From: a virus
Taxonomy: Duplodnaviria; Caudoviricetes
DNA length: 61,862 nucleotides
Direction: 5' to 3' (one strand)
Virus record (IMG/VR): IMGVR_UViG_3300037502_000606
Location: 1 to 61,862 of that record
Numbering within the stretch: position 1 is the stretch's first letter; the number at the start of each line of letters is the position of its first letter. Below, in pieces: positions 17,609 through 25,736 of this stretch. The translations under genes and the position numbers were made by a program. Under the pieces are notes generated by a model. The model did not search any database, was not told the origin of the DNA, and saw nothing but the letters and a program-made list of their open reading frames with translations.

Positions 17609-17746
17609 ATGAATTGGTTAAAAGACTTATTCTTCGCGGAGTCCTGGTCGGAGTTTGCCCAGAACTTGATCGTGAGTGCCGGCCTATTGGCTGGATTATG
17701 GGTTGGGTTGTGGGCGGTGATGATCTTTTTCGAGGTGGCGCCATGA
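17609..17746 (+). CDS. 45-aa membrane peptide (not in ORF track)
   Basis: MNWLKDLFFAESWSEFAQNLIVSAGLLAGLWVGLWAVMIFFEVAP; GGAGG RBS; ATGA overlap with next gene. Confidence 0.65.
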   Translation: MNWLKDLFFAESWSEFAQNLIVSAGLLAGLWVGLWAVMIFFEVAP

Positions 17747-18015
17747 ACTTAAAACAAGGCGGTGGCCGCGTACCTATCCGTGATAATGACGGTTACAGGC
17801 TGGTTCCGATGCCTGATCGTGAGGCGTTTGATGCCATGCTTCCCCGACAGACCCAAGAGATGCGCGACCGTATGTGGTCGATCATCAACATGAGACTATC
17901 GGGGCAGACCCTATCGGCGGTTTCTAAGGAACACGGGGTTTCGATTGAGAGAATCAGGCAGATTGAGTATTACTTTCAGCGGAAGCTCGACTCGCACTTA
18001 TCAAAACTTTCTTGA
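17743..18015 (+). CDS. Sigma-70 region 4-like HTH protein
   Basis: GQTLSAVSKEHGVSIERIRQIE; start revised from 17614. Confidence 0.7.
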   Translation: MNLKQGGGRVPIRDNDGYRLVPMPDREAFDAMLPRQTQEMRDRMWSIINMRLSGQTLSAVSKEHGVSIERIRQIEYYFQRKLDSHLSKLS

Positions 18016-18790
18016 GAGATTGTGAAACATGGAACACCCCCTCGACTTGGTGTGCGTCATTGAAGTCGTGCCCGGTTGTGGGGGCGAGCCAGTACGGTTT
18101 GCCTATCTCAAGGGCAAATCTCTCACCGGTGCCGCTGGCGTCATTGTCCGCGACGACGATGCCCCCGACGATGCCCCGCGCTACTTCCTTCATATTCCCT
18201 GCCGAAAAACAACAGTAGATTGTGTAGCGCATATTTATCGCCTGCATGACGGCGCGTATGGAGAGGGCGGTCGCATACCCCTCACAGAAGATGGGGATGC
18301 CTTTTGCGTCAATCATGAAGGATGCGCCTTTCGTGGCCTGACCATAGAGGAACTTTTTTTCCCCCTCTGCGCTTATCATCTGACATCCAACAAGTCTGCC
18401 CGCTCTCCGCATGGGGATAACTAAGAGACTCTTTCCTTCGGTCTCCCAGACATTGCCCCGGTCGTTCGGGAATCCCTTTTTCTCCAGGTACGGATGCGTC
18501 TTTAGTTCGCATTGATTGAGTATCCAGGCCGCTTTCTTTGCCGCCTTTGCCGCCAGCTCTGCGCGGTCATCTTTGATCATGACGGGACGAATGGCGACGG
18601 GTTTGTCTGACTTCCACATCGCCGGGCCATCCATGGTCGCCCAGTTCTGCACCCACCCAATATCCCCGATCAACTTGTATCTGCCGTTCCGTTTGTGAGG
18701 GTGATCTGTCGTGGGCGTCGCCACCCACCGATTGTGAATGGCTTGATTGATGACAAGACCATGAGCACGGGCGAAGTCTTCAAATGTCAT
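17954..18790 (-). CDS. Toprim-domain primase
   Basis: HPYLEKKG, LVIPM, FCEGYATALS, VVADNDASG, DFND. Confidence 0.88.
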   Translation of the reverse strand: MTFEDFARAHGLVINQAIHNRWVATPTTDHPHKRNGRYKLIGDIGWVQNWATMDGPAMWKSDKPVAIRPVMIKDDRAELAAKAAKKAAWILNQCELKTHPYLEKKGFPNDRGNVWETEGKSLLVIPMRRAGRLVGCQMISAEGEKKFLYGQATKGASFMIDAKGIPIFCEGYATALSIRAVMQAINMRYTIYCCFSAGNMKEVARGIVGGIVVADNDASGTGERFALEIGKPYWLAPTTGHDFNDAHQVEGVFHVSQSLKKVLISASRASAESNTQSA

Positions 18791-19572
18791 ACCGATACCC
18801 TGTAGTCATGGTGAATGAATCCCTCTGTCGGTATCTTGTGCCGATTGATTGTTGTTGGCCGAATGTAAACGACCTTGCCATTTTTGTATCGCCGCTGATG
18901 CCCTCGACGATCATGGGGCTTCGGGCTAGCGTGAGTCCCGCCTTGAGAGACCACCTCTTCGCATATTGATTTGGTATCGATCTCGACAGTTGTCCACTCA
19001 AAAAACTGCCGCTTACCTTTTGCTCTGCGCTTGGTGTTGTGGTGATGGTCTCGCAGTTTGGAACCAATTACCTTGTAGCCCTGGGCCGGGATGCCGTAAC
19101 ACAACATAAAGATTCTGGACATCAGGATTTCAGTTGATCTCAGCGTGTCTTCTCGGAGACTTGAGACATCTTTTTGATCTACACCCAAAGCCTTCAAATA
19201 CTTTGGGTGATATTTCAGAATGCAAGAATCTTTATAGTTAAAGTTTTCCTTGAACACCACCGAGATCGCTGGCTCTGTTAGACCTGCTATGTAACTCCTT
19301 ATAGTGATTTCTGAACCATTGCGATCAATCAAGTAGGGATACGGTATCCAGGTTGACCGATCTCCTTCTGGCTTTAGTGTGATGACCAGTCCGATTCGAT
19401 CAAAGGGCATGGGTATCTCGGTAATCTTCTTGTCCATGTTTTCTAATGGATTTTCCTTCATCCATTTGGCGAACATGAGTCTAAATCCAGACTCTTCTGT
19501 TACATCGAACCAAACATGAGACACGGGACTCACTGGCATTAGCGATATGTACTCAGCAACGATTGGACTCAT
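18787..19572 (-). CDS. Hypothetical protein with basic H..RGH.R C-terminal motif
   Basis: HASPKPHDRRGHQRRY; ATGA overlaps on both sides; start revised. Confidence 0.7.
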   Translation of the reverse strand: MSPIVAEYISLMPVSPVSHVWFDVTEESGFRLMFAKWMKENPLENMDKKITEIPMPFDRIGLVITLKPEGDRSTWIPYPYLIDRNGSEITIRSYIAGLTEPAISVVFKENFNYKDSCILKYHPKYLKALGVDQKDVSSLREDTLRSTEILMSRIFMLCYGIPAQGYKVIGSKLRDHHHNTKRRAKGKRQFFEWTTVEIDTKSICEEVVSQGGTHASPKPHDRRGHQRRYKNGKVVYIRPTTINRHKIPTEGFIHHDYRVSV

Positions 19573-21044
19573 GCTGTCCTCCGCTTGCTCTTGGCCCATG
19601 CAATCTGCCGGCTACGAATCCAGTTCATTGTCGTGAACTCTGGAACCTTGGTTACTTCCTCAAGACCACGGGGCCAGACACCGAACTTCTCTTTGTACTT
19701 GTGCGCTGCCCACCCTTTCGCGTATCCACGGTCATTGGCAATGTAGATCAATTGTGAATAGAAGGACTGCCGATCATCTCTCCTGACGGTCTGCCCTAGT
19801 TCCTGTAGTTCGCCTGGGATTTCAGAAACTAATGAGCGCCGTGGTTTCACATGACCACACGCCGGGCAACTGAGTGCTGCCTTGGGCCATAGATGCCCAC
19901 ACGCGGGGCACTTGGATTCTTTCTTCTCTTTCTCTGTCGGTTCCTTCCTGGCCTTTTCTTTTGAATCGTCCAGTTCTTTCACGCCGTCATTGAATACCTC
20001 GTCCCAGTCGTCACGGAACCGTAAGTAATTGCCCGAGTGATCAAGCCACAAGCCGTACTCTTTGCCAGGATACGAACGCATCACGCGGCCCATCTGTTGC
20101 ACATGGGAGGACAGAGACTTAGAGAACGGTCTTGCTGACACGCCAATCATCACATCGGGGACATCAAAACCGCGAGTTAGTATGTCGGTTGCGATCAGGC
20201 CGTGAATCGTTGTGTCTGGTTTACTGAAGTCCTCGATGGCCTGGCGCTTGAACTCGTCGTCGTCTTTGTAACTGATAGACACGAAGTTATAGCCGCGCTC
20301 TGCAAACTTTGCGACCAGATCCGCGCCGTGTTGAACTCCAGAACAGAAGACAATCGTCTTCCTGGGGCGTCCAAATACTTCATGAGTCTTGGTGATCCAT
20401 GACTCGACAATGTCGCCCGTGATCTTCATGCCGCGCTCGGTTGCAACATCCTGAGACCACTCGCCTGCTACCTTCTTGGCCCCGGTCATGTCGATCTCTT
20501 TGGCAATGTAGACCCGCAGCGGAGCCAGCCACTTATTCGTTACCAGAAAGTCTGTGGTGCTGCCGTTGACCACATGGGTATAGACATCCCCCAGACCTTT
20601 TGTGAATGGCGTAGCGGTCAATCCAATGACCTTCATCTCAGGGCGAGACTTGATGAACTCTAATGTCTGGCGACGCGCGACATGGCACTCGTCAACAATC
20701 AAGAGATCTGTCTGCGGGAAATTGTCTCTGCGCTCCAAAGTCTGAGCTGAACAGACTTGGAGTCTTTCTAGCGGGCGATACCGCCAATGATCTGCTTGGT
20801 AAACGCCATGCTCTAGGTTGTACTTCTGTAGCCTGGAGCTTGTCTGGTCTACGAGAACGATTCGATCCATCAACATCACGGCCCGCTTGTAGTTCTCTGC
20901 GGTTGCCTTCATGAGATATATCGAACACTCGGTCTTGCCATACCCGGTGGGCGCATAGAGTAACTGACATCTATGTCCCTTCTTAAATCCCTCCCGCAAT
21001 GCGTCGATAGCGCGCATCTGGTGATCGCGTAATGCTAGTTCCAT
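19569..21044 (-). CDS. Superfamily 2 (DEAD/DEAH) helicase with zinc ribbon
   Basis: APTGYGKT, DECH, LTATP, GFDVP, QQMGRVMR, CPAC..CPAC. Confidence 0.93.
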   Translation of the reverse strand: MELALRDHQMRAIDALREGFKKGHRCQLLYAPTGYGKTECSIYLMKATAENYKRAVMLMDRIVLVDQTSSRLQKYNLEHGVYQADHWRYRPLERLQVCSAQTLERRDNFPQTDLLIVDECHVARRQTLEFIKSRPEMKVIGLTATPFTKGLGDVYTHVVNGSTTDFLVTNKWLAPLRVYIAKEIDMTGAKKVAGEWSQDVATERGMKITGDIVESWITKTHEVFGRPRKTIVFCSGVQHGADLVAKFAERGYNFVSISYKDDDEFKRQAIEDFSKPDTTIHGLIATDILTRGFDVPDVMIGVSARPFSKSLSSHVQQMGRVMRSYPGKEYGLWLDHSGNYLRFRDDWDEVFNDGVKELDDSKEKARKEPTEKEKKESKCPACGHLWPKAALSCPACGHVKPRRSLVSEIPGELQELGQTVRRDDRQSFYSQLIYIANDRGYAKGWAAHKYKEKFGVWPRGLEEVTKVPEFTTMNWIRSRQIAWAKSKRRTA

Positions 21045-21088
21045 GTTTTCTCCTGCCGAGATTCCCCCTCGGCGTGGGCTTTAAGAAC

Positions 21089-21244
21089 TTATTTGTCCAG
21101 CAAAGATTGGACAAGTTCTGTAGATAAAATCTTTAAATCAACCGCTAGTTTTAATGCACCGTCCCTATCGCCCTCGTTCATCAGACGATAGAGTTCGGTG
21201 ATCTTTGCTTTGATCTCGGTACTGACTTCTGCGTAGTCCCTCAT
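21089..21244 (-). CDS. 51-aa helical protein (not in ORF track)
   Basis: MRDYAEVSTEIKAKITELYRLMNEGDRDGALKLAVDLKILSTELVQSLLDK; ATGA overlap. Confidence 0.6.
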   Translation of the reverse strand: MRDYAEVSTEIKAKITELYRLMNEGDRDGALKLAVDLKILSTELVQSLLDK

Positions 21245-22062
21245 CCTTCCACCTTTTTGAGTTTGGCCTGTAGTGATTTGATCGTGCGCTTGAGTTCTGC
21301 GTTCTCATTTTGATACATGTCACGGCTTTCTTTGAGAGCCAGGATCTCAACATCCTTGACCCGCAGCTGCTCCCGCAATTCTTTAATGGTGTCTTCAATG
21401 TCAACCTTCTCAATGTCGCTGACATCCAACTGACCGATGGCGATAGCATCCTTCAATCGTTCGTTCTCTTCCGATAGTTTATTTATTTCATCTATCAATT
21501 CCTCGGGGACATTGCTTTCTTCTATCGGATCGAACTCCTCGGGAGGCTTCTTTTTGGGCTTCTTAGGCGTCTTGCCTATCGCTGAGGTATCCATGGTCTT
21601 CTCTTCCCCGTTGCGGGTGTAGGAAACCTTTTTAGGGGCTTCCTCAAAGGAACTACGGATACGACTGACCGTCATGTGGGAGCAGCCGATATGCTCTGCG
21701 ATCTTTCTGGTAGACCAGGTGCTCCAGACCGGGTGCTTATTGATTCTACCGATGATCTCGGTGAGATCTGAGCGGGTGAACGATAGGCCGCGACGATTGG
21801 TGGCGCCGAAGGCATAAAGGGTAGCGTCGTCTACCGTCCCGCTGTGGACTTCTACTTCGATCTCTAACGCGCCGTTCTGCCGGTGGGCATAGTACCGGTG
21901 GAATCCATCAGCCAGCCAATTGTTTGAGCCGTCATTGAAGATCACGACAGGTGGGAAGACAACCCCGTCTTGCATCTGATTGGCGTACTCATTGACTACT
22001 TCTTGGTTCAGCTGCGCCCTGGCCTGGGTGCCGCCGTCGGTACGGATTTCGGTTAATTTCAT
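21241..22062 (-). CDS. ParB/Srx-like N-domain plus HTH and coiled coil
   Basis: FPPVVIF...WLADGFHRY; HTH WSTRKIAEHIGCSHMTVSRIR; start revised to MKLTEI after AAGGAG. Confidence 0.82.
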   Translation of the reverse strand: MKLTEIRTDGGTQARAQLNQEVVNEYANQMQDGVVFPPVVIFNDGSNNWLADGFHRYYAHRQNGALEIEVEVHSGTVDDATLYAFGATNRRGLSFTRSDLTEIIGRINKHPVWSTWSTRKIAEHIGCSHMTVSRIRSSFEEAPKKVSYTRNGEEKTMDTSAIGKTPKKPKKKPPEEFDPIEESNVPEELIDEINKLSEENERLKDAIAIGQLDVSDIEKVDIEDTIKELREQLRVKDVEILALKESRDMYQNENAELKRTIKSLQAKLKKVEG

Positions 22063-22213
22063 GGTGCTCTCCTTTTTGTGGTGGACTGTAACTGTGGTAC
22101 ACAATAACTATAACACTGTTACAGATGATTTTTGGGGGAGTTACCCCCCTTTGTTGTTTTTGACCTTGACTTCTTGCTGTTTCTACCTTGTTTATCACCA
22201 CCTGTCCGTTGGT

Positions 22214-22292
22214 GGGCAAGACTTAGCCATCCCCGAGCCGTGTACTGTAACAAATGTTACAGTGTACTCGGGTGCCTTTACAAAGTCTGTCC
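22214..22292 (-). other. Long hairpin with ACTGTAACAAATGTTACAGT at its apex
   Basis: Nested arms AGACTT/AAGTCT and CCCGAG/CTCGGG plus the palindrome at 22244-22263. Confidence 0.6.
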
Positions 22293-22453
22293 ATTGGAGC
22301 CGCTTTGACTCGCCAGTCGTTCGCTGCTAGGGCACTAGCTTCGCCACCCCGTTCCGATTCTTCCGCAGCTTTCCCCCAGTATCAGATCTTTGGTTCATGC
22401 GCTGGCGTTGAGACCCCGTCCACATGGACCGCAGCCGGAGACCCAAAAGAAAA

Positions 22454-22534
22454 ACCCCCTAGGGAGGACTTGGGCTTGACAGGCCAGCATCGGGCGAACA
22501 CCAAACGATGACTACAAGCCCTCTCTAGGAGGTT
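22454..22534 (-). ncRNA. c4/CI-like cloverleaf antisense RNA
   Basis: Closing stem AACCTCCTAG.GAGGGCTTG / CAAGTCCTC.CTAGGGGTT with two hairpins, CATCG-TTTGGTGTTCGCC-CGATG and GGC-CTGTCAA-GCC; followed by a T-run. Confidence 0.65.
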
Positions 22535-22546
22535 CTGGTACTACAA

Positions 22547-22572
22547 GGTGTTCGCCAAATGCCGGAGCGTCA
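22547..22572 (-). promoter_or_regulatory. Upstream target site of the antisense RNA
   Basis: TGAC...CCGGCAT..GGCGAACACC is complementary to GGTGTTCGCC, ATGCTGG and GTCA in the RNA. Confidence 0.65.
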
Positions 22573-22697
22573 CTTCCGACAGACATAGGATAGCACAACT
22601 GAGAAAAAGTTCCCTAAAAGGGTGGGGGCCGGAACATTTGCACCAAGAAGAGGTTACGGGCTATTTAAAGTCGCCGCGCCGACTCCCGGCCCCCATG

Positions 22698-22736
22698 AAA
22701 AAAAGACCCAGCTCCGGGAGGGAGAGTCTGGGTCTA
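22698..22736 (-). terminator. Rho-independent terminator
   Basis: AGACCCAG...CTGGGTCT followed by a T-run on the minus strand. Confidence 0.6.
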
Positions 22737-22799
22737 AGCCCTGTGAACAGGGAGGAGAGTTACACATGAAACATTAGGGAAAGTACCATCTCCCCACCC

Positions 22800-23084
22800 C
22801 TAAGACAAGACCTTGAATTTCTCGTTCTGGAACAACCAGCCGATGGTCTCGTTTAGTACAGATAACTCTGTCTTTTTCGTTATGTTCCACATGGCTTTTC
22901 GTCCGTGTATGCCGTTATGGCTACCCTGGTGACAGTCTTTGCACAATGGGATGCAGGTAAAGTGTAGCCCCTGTTCTATGTGATGTGCATCGCTTGGACC
23001 GCTTGCGCCGCACACCCCGCATTTCATAGATTTAATTTCAAAAAGATATTTTTTTTCTAATTTATTTAAATTTTTACTGTTCAA
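22800..23084 (-). CDS. Zn-binding HNH-like nuclease (Ref/DUF968-like)
   Basis: CGVCG...DAHH...CIPLCKDCH. Confidence 0.75.
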   Translation of the reverse strand: MNSKNLNKLEKKYLFEIKSMKCGVCGASGPSDAHHIEQGLHFTCIPLCKDCHQGSHNGIHGRKAMWNITKKTELSVLNETIGWLFQNEKFKVLS

Positions 23085-23670
23085 TTTGTTTTAGCTTTCC
23101 TTGCTTTAACCACCTTGAAGCAGAAGATTTGCTTATATTTAAAACTTTTGCCGCCTCAGACAAGATCATTTTTGTTCCATCAATCTCAACCCAAACGTTT
23201 GTTGATCTGTTTGCAGCTTGTTCCTTGTGGGTTGCCCATCTTACATTTCCAGGAAAATACCCTTTTAAATTATCAATTCTGTCGATGGTGTGATGTTCGC
23301 TTGGGGGGTGGCCAATGTACCTTGCAAAGTTTTCATAAACTTTCCACTCTTCAAAAACCGTTATCCCTCTTCCGCCGTATTTTTTGTAGTGCGAAGAGCT
23401 TGGTTTTGTGGTTCTTTCAACCATTGATTTCCAAGATTTCCAAAGTTTTGTATTTGTTTCTCCGTGTCTTAAGTTTAGCGTAGACATCCTGATTGAACAT
23501 GTTTTTCTTCTTGAACAGCCACAGCTGGTGCTATTTTTTCTCCTTAAATTTCCTGCTAAAACTTTTGTTTCGTTTCCACAATCGCATTTACACAAATAGA
23601 TTGTTTGCCCATCTTTTGCTTTCCCATAATTAGACAGGACGGTGAGTTTTCCAAAAATTAAACCAATCAT
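23074..23670 (-). CDS. HNH homing endonuclease
   Basis: FGKLTV...CKCDCG...SCGC; YGGRGI; TIDRIDN.KGY.PGNVRWAT...QAANR; AT-rich DNA. Confidence 0.88.
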   Translation of the reverse strand: MIGLIFGKLTVLSNYGKAKDGQTIYLCKCDCGNETKVLAGNLRRKNSTSCGCSRRKTCSIRMSTLNLRHGETNTKLWKSWKSMVERTTKPSSSHYKKYGGRGITVFEEWKVYENFARYIGHPPSEHHTIDRIDNLKGYFPGNVRWATHKEQAANRSTNVWVEIDGTKMILSEAAKVLNISKSSASRWLKQGKLKQIEQ

Positions 23671-23791
23671 TTAGGCGCCTCCAATTAAACTGATTGGAAG
23701 TATACATCGCCGTTCCGTCTTTGGCTCCGCACATCTGACAAGGAGACTCCCGGACAACCTCCAGGAGCGCCTTGTTGCGGTAGTTAGACAT
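23630..23791 (-). pseudogene. N-terminal fragment of a Zn-binding nuclease gene (DUF1364-like), truncated by the HNH cassette
   Basis: MSNYRNKALLEVVRESPCQMCGAKDGT...SNQ then runs into AT-rich cassette DNA; 53 codons. Confidence 0.6.
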
Positions 23792-24011
23792 ACTTCTGAA
23801 GAGCCTCGATAGCGTCTGACCTGACCTTGGATGCGTTTGTTTTAGGGATCATCTCTTCCCAAAGGAGAAGGGCGTTCAAAGCGATCTTCATAGCGTCGTC
23901 TTTGGGTTCACGGCTCAATCCATACATGGTAAACGGTGGGTCTTGTTCTTTGATCTCGACCTTGATGGTGTCTGCTGCGGAATACATACCTGTGAGTGGC
24001 GTGATGTTCAT
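23784..24011 (-). CDS. Hypothetical protein
   Basis: Operon context, AAGGA RBS. Confidence 0.65.
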   Translation of the reverse strand: MNITPLTGMYSAADTIKVEIKEQDPPFTMYGLSREPKDDAMKIALNALLLWEEMIPKTNASKVRSDAIEALQKYV

Positions 24012-24013
24012 GG

Positions 24014-24220
24014 CTAGTCCTTTATCTTGTATAGAAATGTAGTGCCGACCTGGATTCGATCCAGCACCTGCTTACGGGTCAAATCTCCGAGAACTCTTTG
24101 AACCGAGTCTTTGCTTACCAAGTAGTGATCTGCAATCTTGTCTTTGGTAACTGGCCTCTTGTGCTCGACCAGGTACGTCCAAACTTTGTCACTTACCGTT
24201 CTCACCTTCTGCCTCCGCAA
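24014..24220 (-). CDS. Winged-helix DNA-binding protein
   Basis: KVWTYL...PVTKDKIADHYLVSKDSVQRVLGDL. Confidence 0.7.
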   Translation of the reverse strand: MRRQKVRTVSDKVWTYLVEHKRPVTKDKIADHYLVSKDSVQRVLGDLTRKQVLDRIQVGTTFLYKIKD

Positions 24221-24428
24221 TTAAGTAACTGAGATACCAATGGGCCTTCTTCAAATCCTCCAGCGCGTCATCTTTGTAGCCAGTACGGCTGAGATATTTG
24301 ATGGCCGTCAATCTTAAATGACCCATGAACTCTTCGGGTGTGGATTTAGCCCGCATAAAGTCTATGGTTTCTATCCCGCCTACAGTGTAGTGGGGTGGGT
24401 GGTTAATCAGATCTACTTTCTTTCTCAT
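24189..24428 (-). CDS. DUF3310 (SaV / T7 gp1.7-like nucleotide kinase)
   Basis: DLINHPPHYT.GGIETIDF...KYLSR...EDLKKAHWYL. Confidence 0.88.
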   Translation of the reverse strand: MRKKVDLINHPPHYTVGGIETIDFMRAKSTPEEFMGHLRLTAIKYLSRTGYKDDALEDLKKAHWYLSYLIAEAEGENGK

Positions 24429-24446
24429 GGTCTCTCCTTAGTATAG

Positions 24447-24548
24447 GTGCGGGGTCACCTCCTGGAGCCAAGCCGGAACCCCTCGGTGCCGGATGAAGGC
24501 CCCCGCTGCCGGTGTTGTTTGGATGTCTAGGCCACGACACCTCCGGCT
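24447..24548 (-). ncRNA. Candidate structured intergenic RNA
   Basis: Stems GCCGG/CCGGC and GCGGGG.GCCTTC/GGAGGT.CCCCGC with an inner CCGG/CCGG stem; ends just before the RBS of the DUF3310 gene. Confidence 0.4.
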
Positions 24549-24553
24549 GGTCG

Positions 24554-24817
24554 CTATTCTTTAACTGGTTGTCTCTCTGCCCACATATTTAAGCATGTCT
24601 GCTCCAGCTCAAGCGAGGGCGGGTTTGTCTTCATGGCATCTTTAAGCCCCATGTTGTACGCCTGGACGACATCTTTTGGCATAGTCAACTGGCTGGGGTC
24701 TGGTTGCTGCGTCAGGCGGTCAAAGATCAGGACTGCCAGGAGCATGGAGAACATGCCGAAGGTGAAGCCAGCCCAGTAGGTGCCGTTCTGTATGCGTTGA
24801 TCAAGTAGTGAGTTCAT
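24554..24817 (-). CDS. Membrane-anchored protein
   Basis: One TM helix; ELEQTCLNMW. Confidence 0.7.
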   Translation of the reverse strand: MNSLLDQRIQNGTYWAGFTFGMFSMLLAVLIFDRLTQQPDPSQLTMPKDVVQAYNMGLKDAMKTNPPSLELEQTCLNMWAERQPVKE

Positions 24818-24969
24818 CTCATCTCCCTTATCGCTATTAAAGCTCTTACATAGTCTTCTTTTGAAATGCCAAGACGTTCAGCGGACTGCAACTCTGCAAA
24901 CGTTACCGTGATGACGCGTGCTTTCATGGTCGGTCGCACGGTGAGCCTGACTTTTTTTCTTACTTTCAT
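24814..24969 (-). CDS. 51-aa basic protein (not in ORF track)
   Basis: MKVRKKVRLTVRPTMKARVITVTFAELQSAERLGISKEDYVRALIAIREMR; ATGA overlaps at both ends. Confidence 0.65.
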   Translation of the reverse strand: MKVRKKVRLTVRPTMKARVITVTFAELQSAERLGISKEDYVRALIAIREMR

Positions 24970-25172
24970 GTATTTTTCTCCATCAGTCTTAATTCAATCT
25001 CCACGGCCAGGACTCGGGGGTCTTTGCCAAGTTCTTTGATTACCTCTTCAAACTCTTCATCGGTGAGGTGAACCCATTCACGCCTCTTTTCCATGGCTTG
25101 GCGTAACTCATTCCGCTGAGCCAGGATGCACTCTGGCCTATCGCAGTAGTAGCTGCATGTGTGTGTGCTCAT
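24966..25172 (-). CDS. Array gene 6 (WVxLTDEE...EKNT)
   Basis: HTCSYYCDRPEC N-domain; REWVHLTDEE; ends MEKNT. Confidence 0.8.
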   Translation of the reverse strand: MSTHTCSYYCDRPECILAQRNELRQAMEKRREWVHLTDEEFEEVIKELGKDPRVLAVEIELRLMEKNT

Positions 25173-25327
25173 GTGTTCTTCTCCCTTGATACTTCTTCAG
25201 GTATTTTTTCTAATCGCACGTAGGTAACTGGCTCCCATTTGTCGCTTCCGTCTCGCAGGACTTGTATGTCCCACTGTAACTTCTTGGCCTCGTCTACCCA
25301 CTCAACTACACGTATGTCTTTAATCAT
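25169..25327 (-). CDS. Array gene 5, 52 aa (not in ORF track)
   Basis: MIKDIRVVEWVDEAKKLQWDIQVLRDGSDKWEPVTYVRLEKIPEEVSREKNT; ATGA overlaps. Confidence 0.75.
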   Translation of the reverse strand: MIKDIRVVEWVDEAKKLQWDIQVLRDGSDKWEPVTYVRLEKIPEEVSREKNT

Positions 25328-25542
25328 GTGTTCTTCTCCTTTTCTGCGGCTTCGTAGCCCGCTTCAAACCCTTTATGCCATGCTTTCTCCCAACACTGAC
25401 ACCACATTTCGTAGTATCCCCGTTGTAGCGGAAATGAAAACTCTGGTTCTTTAAAATACTCCTTTACATCTTTGCGTTTGATGAACGCCGCCCATGCCTT
25501 GTCACGGTCTGAGTCGTTGACTGGTATGTTGTTTAGTTTCAT
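25324..25542 (-). CDS. Array gene 4
   Basis: Ends KEKNT; ATGA overlaps. Confidence 0.78.
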   Translation of the reverse strand: MKLNNIPVNDSDRDKAWAAFIKRKDVKEYFKEPEFSFPLQRGYYEMWCQCWEKAWHKGFEAGYEAAEKEKNT

Positions 25543-25736
25543 GTATTCTTCTCCTTTAGTTTGGCTTCGATCTGGTCAAACAACTTGCGGGTATAGCCCT
25601 TTATCGGAGTGGGACCCCAGGGGCCGATGATTTCTTTGATCTCCTCGTCGGTCAGCCCAACCCATTGTTTGGCGTTCTCTCGTTCACACCCAGACCTCTT
25701 ACAAAGACCACCGCAAGACGGGCATTGTCTATCCAC
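25539..25736 (-). CDS. Array gene 3
   Basis: CPSCGG.C N-domain; QWVGLTDEE; IEAKLKEKNT. Confidence 0.78.
   Translation of the reverse strand: MDRQCPSCGGLCKRSGCERENAKQWVGLTDEEIKEIIGPWGPTPIKGYTRKLFDQIEAKLKEKNT

Noticed and set aside
22454-22534. tRNA
   Set aside because: Only two hairpin arms, no TTC T-loop or D-loop consensus, no CCA; fits an antisense cloverleaf better
21980-22769. ORFs 21980-22330, 21989-22219, 22254-22511 and 22548-22769
   Set aside because: Weak starts and no motifs; the region is better explained as structured non-coding sequence
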